A stretch of 26,219 nucleotides of DNA from an uncultured Gammaproteobacteria bacterium (GTDB lineage: Bacteria; Pseudomonadota; Gammaproteobacteria; Xanthomonadales; SZUA-36), in NCBI GenBank assembly GCA_965652335.1, contig CBFGWJ010000001.1:1-26219 (forward strand), read 5' to 3'. The position numbers and the translations under genes are program-made. Within the stretch, counting starts at the first letter, position 1. Each line of letters opens with the position of its first letter. This document shows, in pieces, positions 16,846 to 25,845 of the stretch. Under the pieces are notes generated by a model. That model had not been told where the DNA came from. It ran no database searches and was given only the letters and a program-made list of their open reading frames with translations.

Positions 16846-18546
16846 CTACTGCGCCAGCGACTTCATGGGCGAAGTCATTGGTAAAGTCATCGGCGCAGTC
16901 ACCGGCGCGTCGAGTAATTCCAGTACGGCCGGGTCGCGCTGGTAAACATCCGGATAGAACTGGGCCTGGCCGGTTTCATCCAGGGCGGCGGTAAGATAGA
17001 GAATCATCACCGGCAGGGGCTTCTCCAGAATCACCCGCCGGGTCTGGCCACGACGAAGTATTTCCTCGAGTTCGGCCACAGTGAAATTCTGCCGCTTCTG
17101 CAGCACCAGTTCCACCAGCCGGAACGGATTCTGCACCCGGATGCAGCCTGAACTGAAACTTCGCGCTGATTGCTCGAACAGCGCCTGGTTCGGTGTGTCG
17201 TGCATGTAAACCGAATATGGGTTTGGAAAAATGAATTTCACCCGCCCAAGCGCATTGTTGGGGCCGGGTTCCTGCCGCAGGGTGAACGGAAAAGTCCTGC
17301 CGGTGTGTTGCCAGTCAACCGTTGAAGGATCGACGCGCTTGCCACGGCGGTCGATGACCGAGATATTCCGCTCCGCCAGGTAACCGGGATTTTTGCGAAT
17401 GGCTGGAAGTGTGTCTTCGCGCAGAATGGTCGGCGGAATCGTCCAGTCCGGGTTGAACTCCACGTAAGTCATCAGGCTGCGGAAAACGGGCGTGCGGCGA
17501 TAGGGTGTGCCCACGATCACCTTCGTGGTCCATTCGATCTCCTGGCCTTTCACATAGGCCAGCCGGAACCCGGCGATGTTGACGGCGATGAATTCTTTGT
17601 CGGCATTGTGATCCAGCCAGCGCAAGCGCTCGAGCGACAGGCGCAACTGGTTTACCCGGGTTGCCGCGTCCACATTCATTGCCGCCAGGGTTTGCTTGCC
17701 CACCAGGCCGTCCGAAACCAGCCCGTGCCGGGACTGGAATCGCATTACCGCATGCTCCAGTTCTTCGGTAAATGAGTCGTGGGTGGAGTCGAGGGAGGAT
17801 TGCAGTTCACCGGTCACCTGCAGGCGTTTGCGTATCGCAATCACGCGCGGGTCACGATCATTCCTCCGCAGCGTTGGTCCAACCGGAACATGTGGCCAAC
17901 CGCCATGGGCTGCGAATGCACGGTAAACGTCCAGCTGCCGGCGCAGCACCTCGTAGTAGTGCGCCGTGGGTGCCTGGGCATCGATGAACCCGGCCAGGTC
18001 ATCCGCCGCAATGGCCTGCCGCAGCAGTTCGTCCGGTGGCAGGTCAGCAGAGTGATCGCGTTCGAAGTTGAATTCCGGGTACAGTTCGCCCGGATGCACC
18101 TTGCCTTCCCGGCGGTGGTGAATGTACAGCAGGATGCCGTCACTCAGCAGCACATCCAGCGCCGCCGCTGCAGCCGGATCCGCCGTTCTGCCGAGCAGCC
18201 CGGTGATAGCCGGCAGGTGGTAATCCCGAGGCTGCAAACCATATTCGATCGCCCCGCCGAGCGCCGCAACCGCTTGTTTGACCTGGCGGTCTCTGGCCCA
18301 CAATGGGTGGAACTGATGCTGCTTGTAGATTGCCAGCAGCGCATCCTGCATGTGCAGGGGCTCATGCAGGATGGCCGCGGGTGAGGCGCGCAGTATGTCT
18401 TCGAGCTGCTGGCTGGAAGCCGGTTGGAATCCGGCAGCCGCCGGGTCCGGCCCCGGTGACCGTTGCTGGAAATGGACCTGGGCACACCCCGCCAGTGCCG
18501 AAGCATTCAGCAGCAACGGGAGCAGAAGTGTTTTTATGCCATGCAC
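16846..18546 (-). CDS. ldtD: L,D-transpeptidase LdtD/YcbB family with peptidoglycan-binding domain
   Basis: Scaffold domain, PG-binding AV.RFQ.RHGL..DG.VG..TL, VNIAGF, VIVG.P.R.TP, PGP.NALG.VKF.FPN, YMHDTP and SSGCIRV. Confidence 0.9.
   Translation of the reverse strand: MHGIKTLLLPLLLNASALAGCAQVHFQQRSPGPDPAAAGFQPASSQQLEDILRASPAAILHEPLHMQDALLAIYKQHQFHPLWARDRQVKQAVAALGGAIEYGLQPRDYHLPAITGLLGRTADPAAAAALDVLLSDGILLYIHHRREGKVHPGELYPEFNFERDHSADLPPDELLRQAIAADDLAGFIDAQAPTAHYYEVLRRQLDVYRAFAAHGGWPHVPVGPTLRRNDRDPRVIAIRKRLQVTGELQSSLDSTHDSFTEELEHAVMRFQSRHGLVSDGLVGKQTLAAMNVDAATRVNQLRLSLERLRWLDHNADKEFIAVNIAGFRLAYVKGQEIEWTTKVIVGTPYRRTPVFRSLMTYVEFNPDWTIPPTILREDTLPAIRKNPGYLAERNISVIDRRGKRVDPSTVDWQHTGRTFPFTLRQEPGPNNALGRVKFIFPNPYSVYMHDTPNQALFEQSARSFSSGCIRVQNPFRLVELVLQKRQNFTVAELEEILRRGQTRRVILEKPLPVMILYLTAALDETGQAQFYPDVYQRDPAVLELLDAPVTAPMTLPMTSPMKSLAQ
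16862..16909 (-). repeat. Four imperfect 12-nt coding repeats at the LdtD C-terminus (P-V/M-T/K-x)
   Basis: Plus-strand units TTCATGGGCGAA, GTCATTGGTAAA, GTCATCGGCGCA and GTCACCGGCGCG encode the ...APVTAPMTLPMTSPMK tail. Confidence 0.6.
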
Positions 18547-18580
18547 AGGCCGGTCATGATTTGCCAGGTGCCAGGATGGG

Positions 18581-19111
18581 CTACCAGTAACGCGGACGTC
18601 CTGTGTCGATGTGCACGAAATCCGACTCGGCGTAGTAACCCACTCCGCCCAGCTTCAGCGAACGGGCGGTGTCTCGCAAAAAAGCCGTATCCAGGCCGCG
18701 CAGCCGTACGTCGATGGCGTTGCCGTCGATGTGCTGGCTGGATTGCGCCACGCCGCTGGTGGAGCTTCTCAGCATTTCATTGGTTTGTGGCGAACGGTAG
18801 GCGGAAATCACTTCAAACGTATCATCATTGCCGGTCATCCGCTGGATCTGCCACAGGATATCGAACAATGCCGGGTCGATATCCTGTTGCTCCGCAGTCC
18901 GCCAGTCGGCGAGAAACGCTTTCAGGTCCGTCAACGCTTCCGCGTCATAGTTGCCGTTCCGGAAATAGCTGGCTTCAATGCTCCGGCCCGTATGTGTGTG
19001 GTAGAACTTCAGCGTACGTGTTTCCGGAACATTGCCGAAGCTGCCCGTGGCGACCAGCAGCCCGGCGAACAAGCCGGCGGTCAATGCCAACCTCCGGGTT
19101 CCCCGAGACAT
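18581..19111 (-). CDS. mepK: YcbK/MepK family (DUF882, peptidase M15) murein endopeptidase
   Basis: Start at the ATG at 19111; the ORF-track extension overlaps ilvE. Twin-Arg-like TRR leader, SAYRSP.TN, SQH......ID (H-x6-D), and GVGYY..S.FVHIDTG..R.W. Confidence 0.9.
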   Translation of the reverse strand: MSRGTRRLALTAGLFAGLLVATGSFGNVPETRTLKFYHTHTGRSIEASYFRNGNYDAEALTDLKAFLADWRTAEQQDIDPALFDILWQIQRMTGNDDTFEVISAYRSPQTNEMLRSSTSGVAQSSQHIDGNAIDVRLRGLDTAFLRDTARSLKLGGVGYYAESDFVHIDTGRPRYW

Positions 19112-19131
19112 GGCCAAACGTCCGGACAAAG

Positions 19132-20049
19132 TCAGATATGCCTCAACCAGTTCCACTGGTCGGCGGTCTGGCCGTTGAAGAGGCCGAAGAACGCGTCCTG
19201 GATTTTGCGCGTGATGGGGCCACACCCACCTGCACCGATGGTCATATGGTCGATCTGGCGTACTGGAGTAACTTCAGCCGCTGTACCGGTCATGAACACT
19301 TCATCGGCCGCATAAAGCTGCTCACGGGCGATGGTCTGCTCCTGCACCTGGTAACCCAGCTGCGCGGCCAGGGTGATCACCGTGTTGCGGGTGATGCCGC
19401 TGAGAATGGAAGCCGACCCGGGAGGAGTGAGTATCCGGCCCTGCTGCACCACGAAAATATTCTCGCCGGCGCCTTCGCTCAACAGGCCGTCGTTGCCCAG
19501 GGCGATGCCTTCCTCAAAGCCGCGGTCGCGCGCTTCGAGGCCGATCAACTGGCTGGACAGGTAGTTGCCGCCGGCTTTCACGCCGGGAGGAATGGTGTTC
19601 GGTGCCAGCCGGTTCCAGGAGGTGACGCAGGCGCGAATGCCGTTGCGCAGGCCTTCCTCGCCGAGATAGGCGCCCCACTGGGTGGCAATGATGATCACGT
19701 CCACCTTGGTCATGTCCTTGGGTAGCACCCCCAGGCCGCAATTGCCGCGCATGACCAGCGGGCGCAGGTAAGCGCTTTTCAGGCCGTTGGCCTTGACGGT
19801 ATCGCAGCAGGCCTGGTTGATTTCCTCGTCGGAGTACGTCAGCGGGATGCGGTAGACATTGGCGGAATAACGCAACCGGCGGGTATGGTCTTCAAGGCGG
19901 AAAATGGCGGTGCCTTGCGGGGTATCGTAGGCGCGGACGCCTTCGAACACGGAACTGCCATAATGCAGCGCGTGGCTGAGTACGTGAACCTGGCAATCCG
20001 CAGCATCGCGCATCTCGCCGTTGAACCAGATTTTTTTGATATCGCTCAT
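19132..20049 (-). CDS. ilvE: Branched-chain amino acid aminotransferase (PLP class IV)
   Basis: HALHYGSSVFEGVR, YLRPL, KAGGNY, EGAGEN, GITR and ADEVFMTGTAAEVTPV; E. coli IlvE-like throughout. Confidence 0.96.
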   Translation of the reverse strand: MSDIKKIWFNGEMRDAADCQVHVLSHALHYGSSVFEGVRAYDTPQGTAIFRLEDHTRRLRYSANVYRIPLTYSDEEINQACCDTVKANGLKSAYLRPLVMRGNCGLGVLPKDMTKVDVIIIATQWGAYLGEEGLRNGIRACVTSWNRLAPNTIPPGVKAGGNYLSSQLIGLEARDRGFEEGIALGNDGLLSEGAGENIFVVQQGRILTPPGSASILSGITRNTVITLAAQLGYQVQEQTIAREQLYAADEVFMTGTAAEVTPVRQIDHMTIGAGGCGPITRKIQDAFFGLFNGQTADQWNWLRHI

Positions 20050-20113
20050 GAAATCTACTTTTGATCAGGGTTGAAGGATGTAAGTATCCTAGACGGCATA
20101 TCCCGAAGCAACC

Positions 20114-22063
20114 TCAGTTTGCCGCTGAATCTCGCCTGGCCCTGGGGAGCAACATCGTAATGCTGGTCCCGTTGCCGGGGGCTGAATCGATGTGGATTCC
20201 GCCCCTGGACTGTTTCACAAACCCGTGCACCATGCTGAGACCCAGTCCGGAACCTTGCCCGGGCGGCTTGGTGGTGAAAAAAGGCTCGAAAGCCTTGGTC
20301 ATTGTGTCCGGGTCCATTCCGAAGCCTGTGTCAGAGACCTCGAGCCTGATGTAATCGCCCGCCGCGACCTCATGTTCGTCCGCCTGTTCGCCGGACATCG
20401 CGACATTGCTGAGGTCGATCGTAATGGTGCCGCCATCGGGCATGGCGTCGCGTGCGTTGATGACCAGGTTCAGGATCACATTCTCGAGTTGGGAGGCATC
20501 GACCAACGCGGGCCACAACCCTTCTTCGGCGCGGAATTCGAGTTGTATATCCTCGGCCAGCGTCCGGTTCAGCAGTACATCGAGCCCACGAAAAAGAGAA
20601 ACCAGTTCCGTTGGTGTTGGGTCAAGCGGCTGCCGCCTGGAAAAGGCCAGCAGCCTGTGGGTGAGATCCGCGCCACGCTCGGCCGCCTGCAACGCCGCTT
20701 CAGCGAGTGGCTTCAACTGGGGATCATTGCCTGCCCTTGCGATGATCAGCTCGGCGCTGCTGAGCACTACCGTGAGCAGGTTGTTGAAATCATGTGCGAT
20801 GCCGCCTGTGAGACGGCCCACACTCTCCATGCGTTGCGAGCGGAGAAACTGTGCCTGGAGCGCCTTTTTCTCGGTGATGTCCGTATTGATGGCCAGAATG
20901 CACTGGGGGTTGCCGTCGGCATCGCGCACCAGGCTCCAGCGGGCGTCGATGACGAGCGACTTGCCGCCTTTCGTCACCTGCGCGATTTCTCCCACCCATT
21001 CGCCATTCGACCGGGTGCGTTGAATGGCATCATGGCACTCGGCTGGTTCCCTGAACAGGAATTCGGACAGGTTCCGGCCCAGCACCTCGGCGCTGCTCCA
21101 CCCGAACACATCCTCCGCTCCATGGTTCCAGTAAGTGATGCTTTGCGCCAGGTCACAAACGAAAATGGCATCGGTCGCCTTATCCAGCAGCGCGGCCTGT
21201 TCGCGGATTCGAACCTCGGCTTCCTTGATGTCGTGGACGTCAGTACAGGTTCCGAACCACTTGACCACCTTTTGGTCGGCATCCCTGAATGGCGCGCCGC
21301 GGACCAGCCACCAGCGATAGGCGCCATCCGAACGCCTGATGCGGGATTCCATTTCATAAGGACTTGCCGAGTCAGAGGCCTGCAGCCAGGCCTGCTCAAC
21401 TTTTTGCCGGTCATCCGGATGAAATGCTTCGAACCAGGCGTAACCGCTGCTTTCATCGGCACCCAGCCCGGTATATGCCGTCCATTGCGGATTCAGGTAG
21501 GTGACACGGCCGTCTCGCTGGCAGATCCAGATGATCTGCGGCACCACTTCCGTCAGTATCCGGAACTCCGCATCGCGTTGCTCGAGTTGGGTGGAACGCT
21601 GTTCCAGCTTGCGCACCAGTGTCTGGCTGTAAAGTTCGAGCAGGTCCGATCCGGCCTTCTGCTGTGCATCTTCCAATGGCGGAGCCGCTGCGCGGGGTTT
21701 GCTCTCGACGGATTTCAGCTGCGCCAGAAATTCCATCGGGTCCGAGGGCTTCCTGATGAACGCGTCGGCACCCAGGTTGACCGCCAGTTCTTCATCCTGG
21801 GGTTCGGTGTAGGTGGCCGTGTAAACGATAAATGGCACGCCCCTCAGCCGTTCGTCGCTGCGCCAGTGACGCAGCAGCGTGTATCCGTCCATTACCGGCA
21901 TCAACAGGTCGGAGACCACCACGGCCGGTTGCCGCCTGTTCGCGGCCTCCAGTGCCTCTGCACCGTTGCGTGCGATATCGGTGGTATACCCGTTGCCTTC
22001 GAGCAGAACCTTGAGCAGATACAGGTTATCTTCCCTGTCATCGACGATCAGAATGTGCTTCAT
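20114..22063 (-). CDS. Cytoplasmic hybrid histidine kinase REC-PAS-PAS-HisKA-HATPase
   Basis: N-terminal receiver (ILIVDD, SDLLMP, KP), two PAS/PAC domains, H-box AHDFNNLL, N-box NLVINARDAM, and G-boxes DTG.GM and GSGLGL. Confidence 0.93.
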   Translation of the reverse strand: MKHILIVDDREDNLYLLKVLLEGNGYTTDIARNGAEALEAANRRQPAVVVSDLLMPVMDGYTLLRHWRSDERLRGVPFIVYTATYTEPQDEELAVNLGADAFIRKPSDPMEFLAQLKSVESKPRAAAPPLEDAQQKAGSDLLELYSQTLVRKLEQRSTQLEQRDAEFRILTEVVPQIIWICQRDGRVTYLNPQWTAYTGLGADESSGYAWFEAFHPDDRQKVEQAWLQASDSASPYEMESRIRRSDGAYRWWLVRGAPFRDADQKVVKWFGTCTDVHDIKEAEVRIREQAALLDKATDAIFVCDLAQSITYWNHGAEDVFGWSSAEVLGRNLSEFLFREPAECHDAIQRTRSNGEWVGEIAQVTKGGKSLVIDARWSLVRDADGNPQCILAINTDITEKKALQAQFLRSQRMESVGRLTGGIAHDFNNLLTVVLSSAELIIARAGNDPQLKPLAEAALQAAERGADLTHRLLAFSRRQPLDPTPTELVSLFRGLDVLLNRTLAEDIQLEFRAEEGLWPALVDASQLENVILNLVINARDAMPDGGTITIDLSNVAMSGEQADEHEVAAGDYIRLEVSDTGFGMDPDTMTKAFEPFFTTKPPGQGSGLGLSMVHGFVKQSRGGIHIDSAPGNGTSITMLLPRARRDSAAN

Positions 22064-22066
22064 GCT

Positions 22067-22456
22067 TTACTCGGCATTCCCTTGCAAGTTGATGATACGA
22101 TTGATTTCAGCGATGAAAGTATCCGGATTGATGGGCTTCTCGATATAGCCGTTGCATCCGGCGTCCAGAGACTTCTCGCGATCACCCGCCATGGCGTAGG
22201 ACGTCACGGCAATGACAGGGGTTTCCCTCAATTCATCCATTTTGCGCAGTGCGCGTGCCACCGCGTAACCATCCATGCCGGGCAACTGGATGTCGAGCAG
22301 AATGACATCCGGCCGGAGAGCCAGCGCCATGTCGACCCCGCTCGGGCCATCCACGGCTGATGTGACCGTGTAGCCGTGCTTTTCAAGCAGGAAGGTCGCC
22401 AGGTAGCGATTCTGCAGGTTATCCTCGATCAGCAGTACGTGTTGCTTGGGGTTCAA
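22067..22456 (-). CDS. Single-domain response regulator
   Basis: LLIEDN, LDIQLPGMDG, AVTSYA and KP. The likely start is the TTG at 22456, overlapping the kinase TGA (TTGA), with GGAG 8 nt upstream. The ATG at 22462 is an in-frame alternative. Confidence 0.92.
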   Translation of the reverse strand: MNPKQHVLLIEDNLQNRYLATFLLEKHGYTVTSAVDGPSGVDMALALRPDVILLDIQLPGMDGYAVARALRKMDELRETPVIAVTSYAMAGDREKSLDAGCNGYIEKPINPDTFIAEINRIINLQGNAE

Positions 22457-24252
22457 CTGCATTTCTCCGTTGGCAGGGTCACGATGAATTCTGAACCTTT
22501 CGACCATTCGCTTTCCACCGTGATTTCACCCCCCATCAGGGCCGCGAGGCGGCGGCAGATTACCAGCCCCAGTCCGGTGCCCTCATGCTGGCGCGCGAGA
22601 CCCGTGTCAACCTGGCGGAAGGGCAGGAATAGCTGCTGCAGGTCTTCGGGCCGGATGCCGATTCCGGTGTCTTTCACGCGGATCTGCACGGCCGGAACGG
22701 GCCGGCTGCTGCCGGCCGGGTGGTATCCTTCCACCCGGTCCGCCCGCAAGGAAACGCTTCCCTGATCAGTGAACTTGATGGCATTGTTGAGCACATTCAG
22801 CAGAATCTGCTCGACGCGACGACGGTCTCCCACCATCTGGCCAACGCCGGGGGCGATAACCCGGGAAAAATCAATCTGCTTGGCATTCGCCATCGGTTCG
22901 ATCAACCCGGCAACTTTCTCGATCGAGGCCCGCAGATCGAACGGCTCCGATTGCACTTCCAGTTGATCTGCCTCGATCTTGGAAAGATCGAGCACGTCAT
23001 TGATCAATTCCAGCAGGTGATTTGCGCTGTTGCGCACCATGCCCAATTGCTTGCCCTGCTCGGGGTTCAATGGACCGGCCAGGCCCTGCAACACGATTCC
23101 GGTGAAGCCGATGATCGAATTGAGCGGCGTGCGCAGCTCGTGGGACATGGTGGCGAGAAAGGCGGATTTGAGACGGTCGGCAGATTCGGCTTTCAGCAAA
23201 GCTGCCGTGAGCTCAGCCGTGCGCTGTTCAACCTTGCGCTCCAGCGTCTCATTCAGCTCCTGCAGGGCCGCCTCCGCACGCTTGCGCTCGGTGATGTCCC
23301 TGGCGATTTTCGAGATGCCGATGATTTTGCCGGAGGGGTCCAGGATCGGCGAGTAGGTGATGAACACGTCAACCTGGCTTCCATCCTTGCGCAAACGCCG
23401 GGTTTCGATGCTTTCGATGTGATCGCCGTGCTTGATGCGCTCCATGGCATCGGACAATTCGGCAAGCCGGTCGGGGGGGCAGAGCAGGGACGCCTTCTTG
23501 CCAACGACCTCGGATGGCTGGTAACCGAAGATGTCGATGGCGCCTACATTCCAGCTGGTGATCGTACCGTCCAATGACTGGCCGATGATGGCATCGAAAG
23601 TCGAGTTTACGATGGCTGCAAGTTGCAGCTGAACCTCTTCCGCCTTGCGCCGTTCGCTGATGTCGATTCCCATGCCGACAAGGCAGGGCGCTCCATCCAG
23701 CTCCATGCGCTTGCCGGTCAGGAAGTAGGGCGTGGCGGTGCCATCCTTGGACACAAACGGGGCTTCCACGTATGAACCACCACGTTCAAACACTTCGGCG
23801 ATCCGGTTCGCGATCAAATGCCGGTCATTCGCATGGAAAAAATCCAGCGGGGACATGCCGGTGATTTCAGCCGCGGTGTAACCGGTTACGATTTCGAAAT
23901 TCCGGTTCCAGCGCAGGAATTCCCCGGACTCATTGTAGGAATAGACGATCCCGGGCATGCTCTCCAGCATGGCGTCGGAAAAGATTCGTTCCGATTGCGC
24001 GCTGGCTTCGATTTGCCGCCGGTGCCGGTCCTCCATGATCTGGAGGAGGCCGATCAGGACAGCGCTGATCAGGACGAATGCCAGGCCCTTGCCGACCTCG
24101 ATCTCGCGGTCAGACAGCGGAACGAGCGACGCAATCGAAGTCACCAGCTCGTTGCCGAGCAGGATCCACGATACGCCGAATATGATATAGCCCGCGACGG
24201 GAACCCAGCCGGTGCGGCTTCGGGGTGCGGTTGATTCTCTGGATATGGCCAT
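22453..24252 (-). CDS. Membrane sensor histidine kinase (2 TM-PAS-PAS-HisKA-HATPase)
   Basis: Start at the ATG at 24252 (ORF track extends to 24522). Two hydrophobic helices, two PAS domains, SHELRTPL, NNAIKFT, DTGIGI and GTGLGL. Confidence 0.92.
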   Translation of the reverse strand: MAISRESTAPRSRTGWVPVAGYIIFGVSWILLGNELVTSIASLVPLSDREIEVGKGLAFVLISAVLIGLLQIMEDRHRRQIEASAQSERIFSDAMLESMPGIVYSYNESGEFLRWNRNFEIVTGYTAAEITGMSPLDFFHANDRHLIANRIAEVFERGGSYVEAPFVSKDGTATPYFLTGKRMELDGAPCLVGMGIDISERRKAEEVQLQLAAIVNSTFDAIIGQSLDGTITSWNVGAIDIFGYQPSEVVGKKASLLCPPDRLAELSDAMERIKHGDHIESIETRRLRKDGSQVDVFITYSPILDPSGKIIGISKIARDITERKRAEAALQELNETLERKVEQRTAELTAALLKAESADRLKSAFLATMSHELRTPLNSIIGFTGIVLQGLAGPLNPEQGKQLGMVRNSANHLLELINDVLDLSKIEADQLEVQSEPFDLRASIEKVAGLIEPMANAKQIDFSRVIAPGVGQMVGDRRRVEQILLNVLNNAIKFTDQGSVSLRADRVEGYHPAGSSRPVPAVQIRVKDTGIGIRPEDLQQLFLPFRQVDTGLARQHEGTGLGLVICRRLAALMGGEITVESEWSKGSEFIVTLPTEKCS

Positions 24253-24582
24253 CGGAATCCCGTGACTGCGCGTGGTATACGGACACCAGAACTGCCCCCT
24301 TTGCCCGTTACACGACAGGCTGGAAACACAGGCCTGAAGTTGAGGAATCGCTCTCGTATCGGCAACTCTATGCCAATCAGTAACTTCTGTAAACCGGATG
24401 GAAAGAGACTTGCAAACAGGTGTGGCAAACTTTGCTTCCACAAAGTTGCCAGGCTTCGTCCTGAGGGTCATTGATTGACCTGGTGGCCAGGCGTGATACG
24501 GATCATCCCCTGGAAATTTCACTCTTCATCCAATGGATGAAACGTTTAGAATCTGCGCTTGCCACCAACCTGGAACCCGATC

Positions 24583-24867
24583 ATGGAATGGAAACTGTTC
24601 GCCACCGTATTTGCCAGTATCTTTGTTGCCGAACTGGCGGATAAAACCCAGCTCGTTACCCTGCTGTTTGCCGCTGACAAGGACGTGAGCAAATGGGTGG
24701 TATTTGCCGGATCGGCTTCAGCCCTGGTGGTGGCCAGCGCAATCGGCGTGCTGGCCGGAAGCGCGCTGTCACAATTCATCAACGTCAAATACATGGCATT
24801 GATAGCGGGCGCCGGCTTTATGTTGATTGGCGCCTGGACGCTGTACCACGGGTTCACCGCCACTTGA
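24583..24867 (+). CDS. Half-size TMEM165/GDT1 (UPF0016) family protein, putative Mn2+/Ca2+ transporter
   Basis: 94 aa from the ATG at 24583, three hydrophobic helices, and a single E-phi-G-D-K-T-like motif (ELADKTQ). Confidence 0.85.
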   Translation: MEWKLFATVFASIFVAELADKTQLVTLLFAADKDVSKWVVFAGSASALVVASAIGVLAGSALSQFINVKYMALIAGAGFMLIGAWTLYHGFTAT

Positions 24868-24884
24868 AGCATGATACCGGCGGC

Positions 24885-25799
24885 ATGAACCGACACAGCG
24901 ACCATCACCACCATCACGCGCCGCCGGATTACAACCGGGCGTTTGCGGTGGGTGTGAGCCTGAATGTGGCGTTTGTCGCCATTGAGGCGGTTTTCGGAAT
25001 ATTGTCGGACTCGCTGGCCCTGCTGACCGACGCCAGCCACAACCTCAGCGATGTGATCGGCCTGCTGCTGGCCTGGGGTGCGGCCACGCTGGCGAAACGC
25101 AAACCCTCGCTACGCCGCACCTACGGCTATTCCCGCGCAACCATCCTGGCTTCGCTGTTCAGCGGCTTGTTGCTGATGGGTGCCGTGGGTGCAATTGGCT
25201 GGGAGGCCGTCAACCGGTTAATGGAACCCGCGCAGCCGGCGGGTGTGACCATCATGCTGGTGGCGGCCGTGGGTGTGGTGATCAATACCGTCACTGCGTT
25301 GTTTTTCTTCAAAGGCAAGGACAACGACCTGAATATCCGTGGCGCCTATCTGCATATGGCGGCAGATGCAGCCGTTTCGCTGGGCGTGGTGATATCCGGC
25401 GCGCTGATCTGGCTTTACGGCTGGGCATGGATAGACCCCATCATCAGCCTGGTGATTGCCCTGGTGATCCTGCTGTCCACCTGGGGCCTGCTGCGCGATT
25501 CGCTCAACCTGGCGGTGGACGCGGTACCCAAGGAAGTCGACCCGGAAGCGGTGCGCACTTACCTGAAAGCCCTGCCCGGTGTCGAGGCCGTGCACGACCT
25601 GCACATCTGGCCGATGAGCACCACGGATACGGCGCTCACCGCTCACCTGGAGATGAACCCCTTACCTTCGGATAACCACTTCCTGCACGATGCGGCGCAT
25701 GGACTGGAACATGAATTCCAGATCAACCACGCTACCCTGCAGATCGAGGCAGCCAGCAGCGAGATCATCTGTCATCAATCCGAACATTGCGCCCTGTAG
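24885..25799 (+). CDS. Cation diffusion facilitator (CzcD/ZitB-like) transporter
   Basis: Start at the ATG at 24885 with His-rich leader HSDHHHHH. Motifs SLALL.DA.HN.SD, TYGY.R, N.RGAYLH..AD and HDLHIW. Confidence 0.93.
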   Translation: MNRHSDHHHHHAPPDYNRAFAVGVSLNVAFVAIEAVFGILSDSLALLTDASHNLSDVIGLLLAWGAATLAKRKPSLRRTYGYSRATILASLFSGLLLMGAVGAIGWEAVNRLMEPAQPAGVTIMLVAAVGVVINTVTALFFFKGKDNDLNIRGAYLHMAADAAVSLGVVISGALIWLYGWAWIDPIISLVIALVILLSTWGLLRDSLNLAVDAVPKEVDPEAVRTYLKALPGVEAVHDLHIWPMSTTDTALTAHLEMNPLPSDNHFLHDAAHGLEHEFQINHATLQIEAASSEIICHQSEHCAL

Positions 25800-25845
25800 G
25801 AGCAAGCCATGCTTGCGACCAATATCAACCTGAATTCAATTGACG

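Noticed and set aside
19132-20049. D-amino acid aminotransferase reading of the class IV PLP enzyme
   Set aside because: The sequence matches E. coli-type IlvE motifs throughout.
24253-24582. yybP-ykoY Mn riboswitch or c-di-GMP-I riboswitch
   Set aside because: No GGGGAGUA core. The GGCAAAC at 24424 lacks the GAAA tetraloop and the GACGCAAAG elements.
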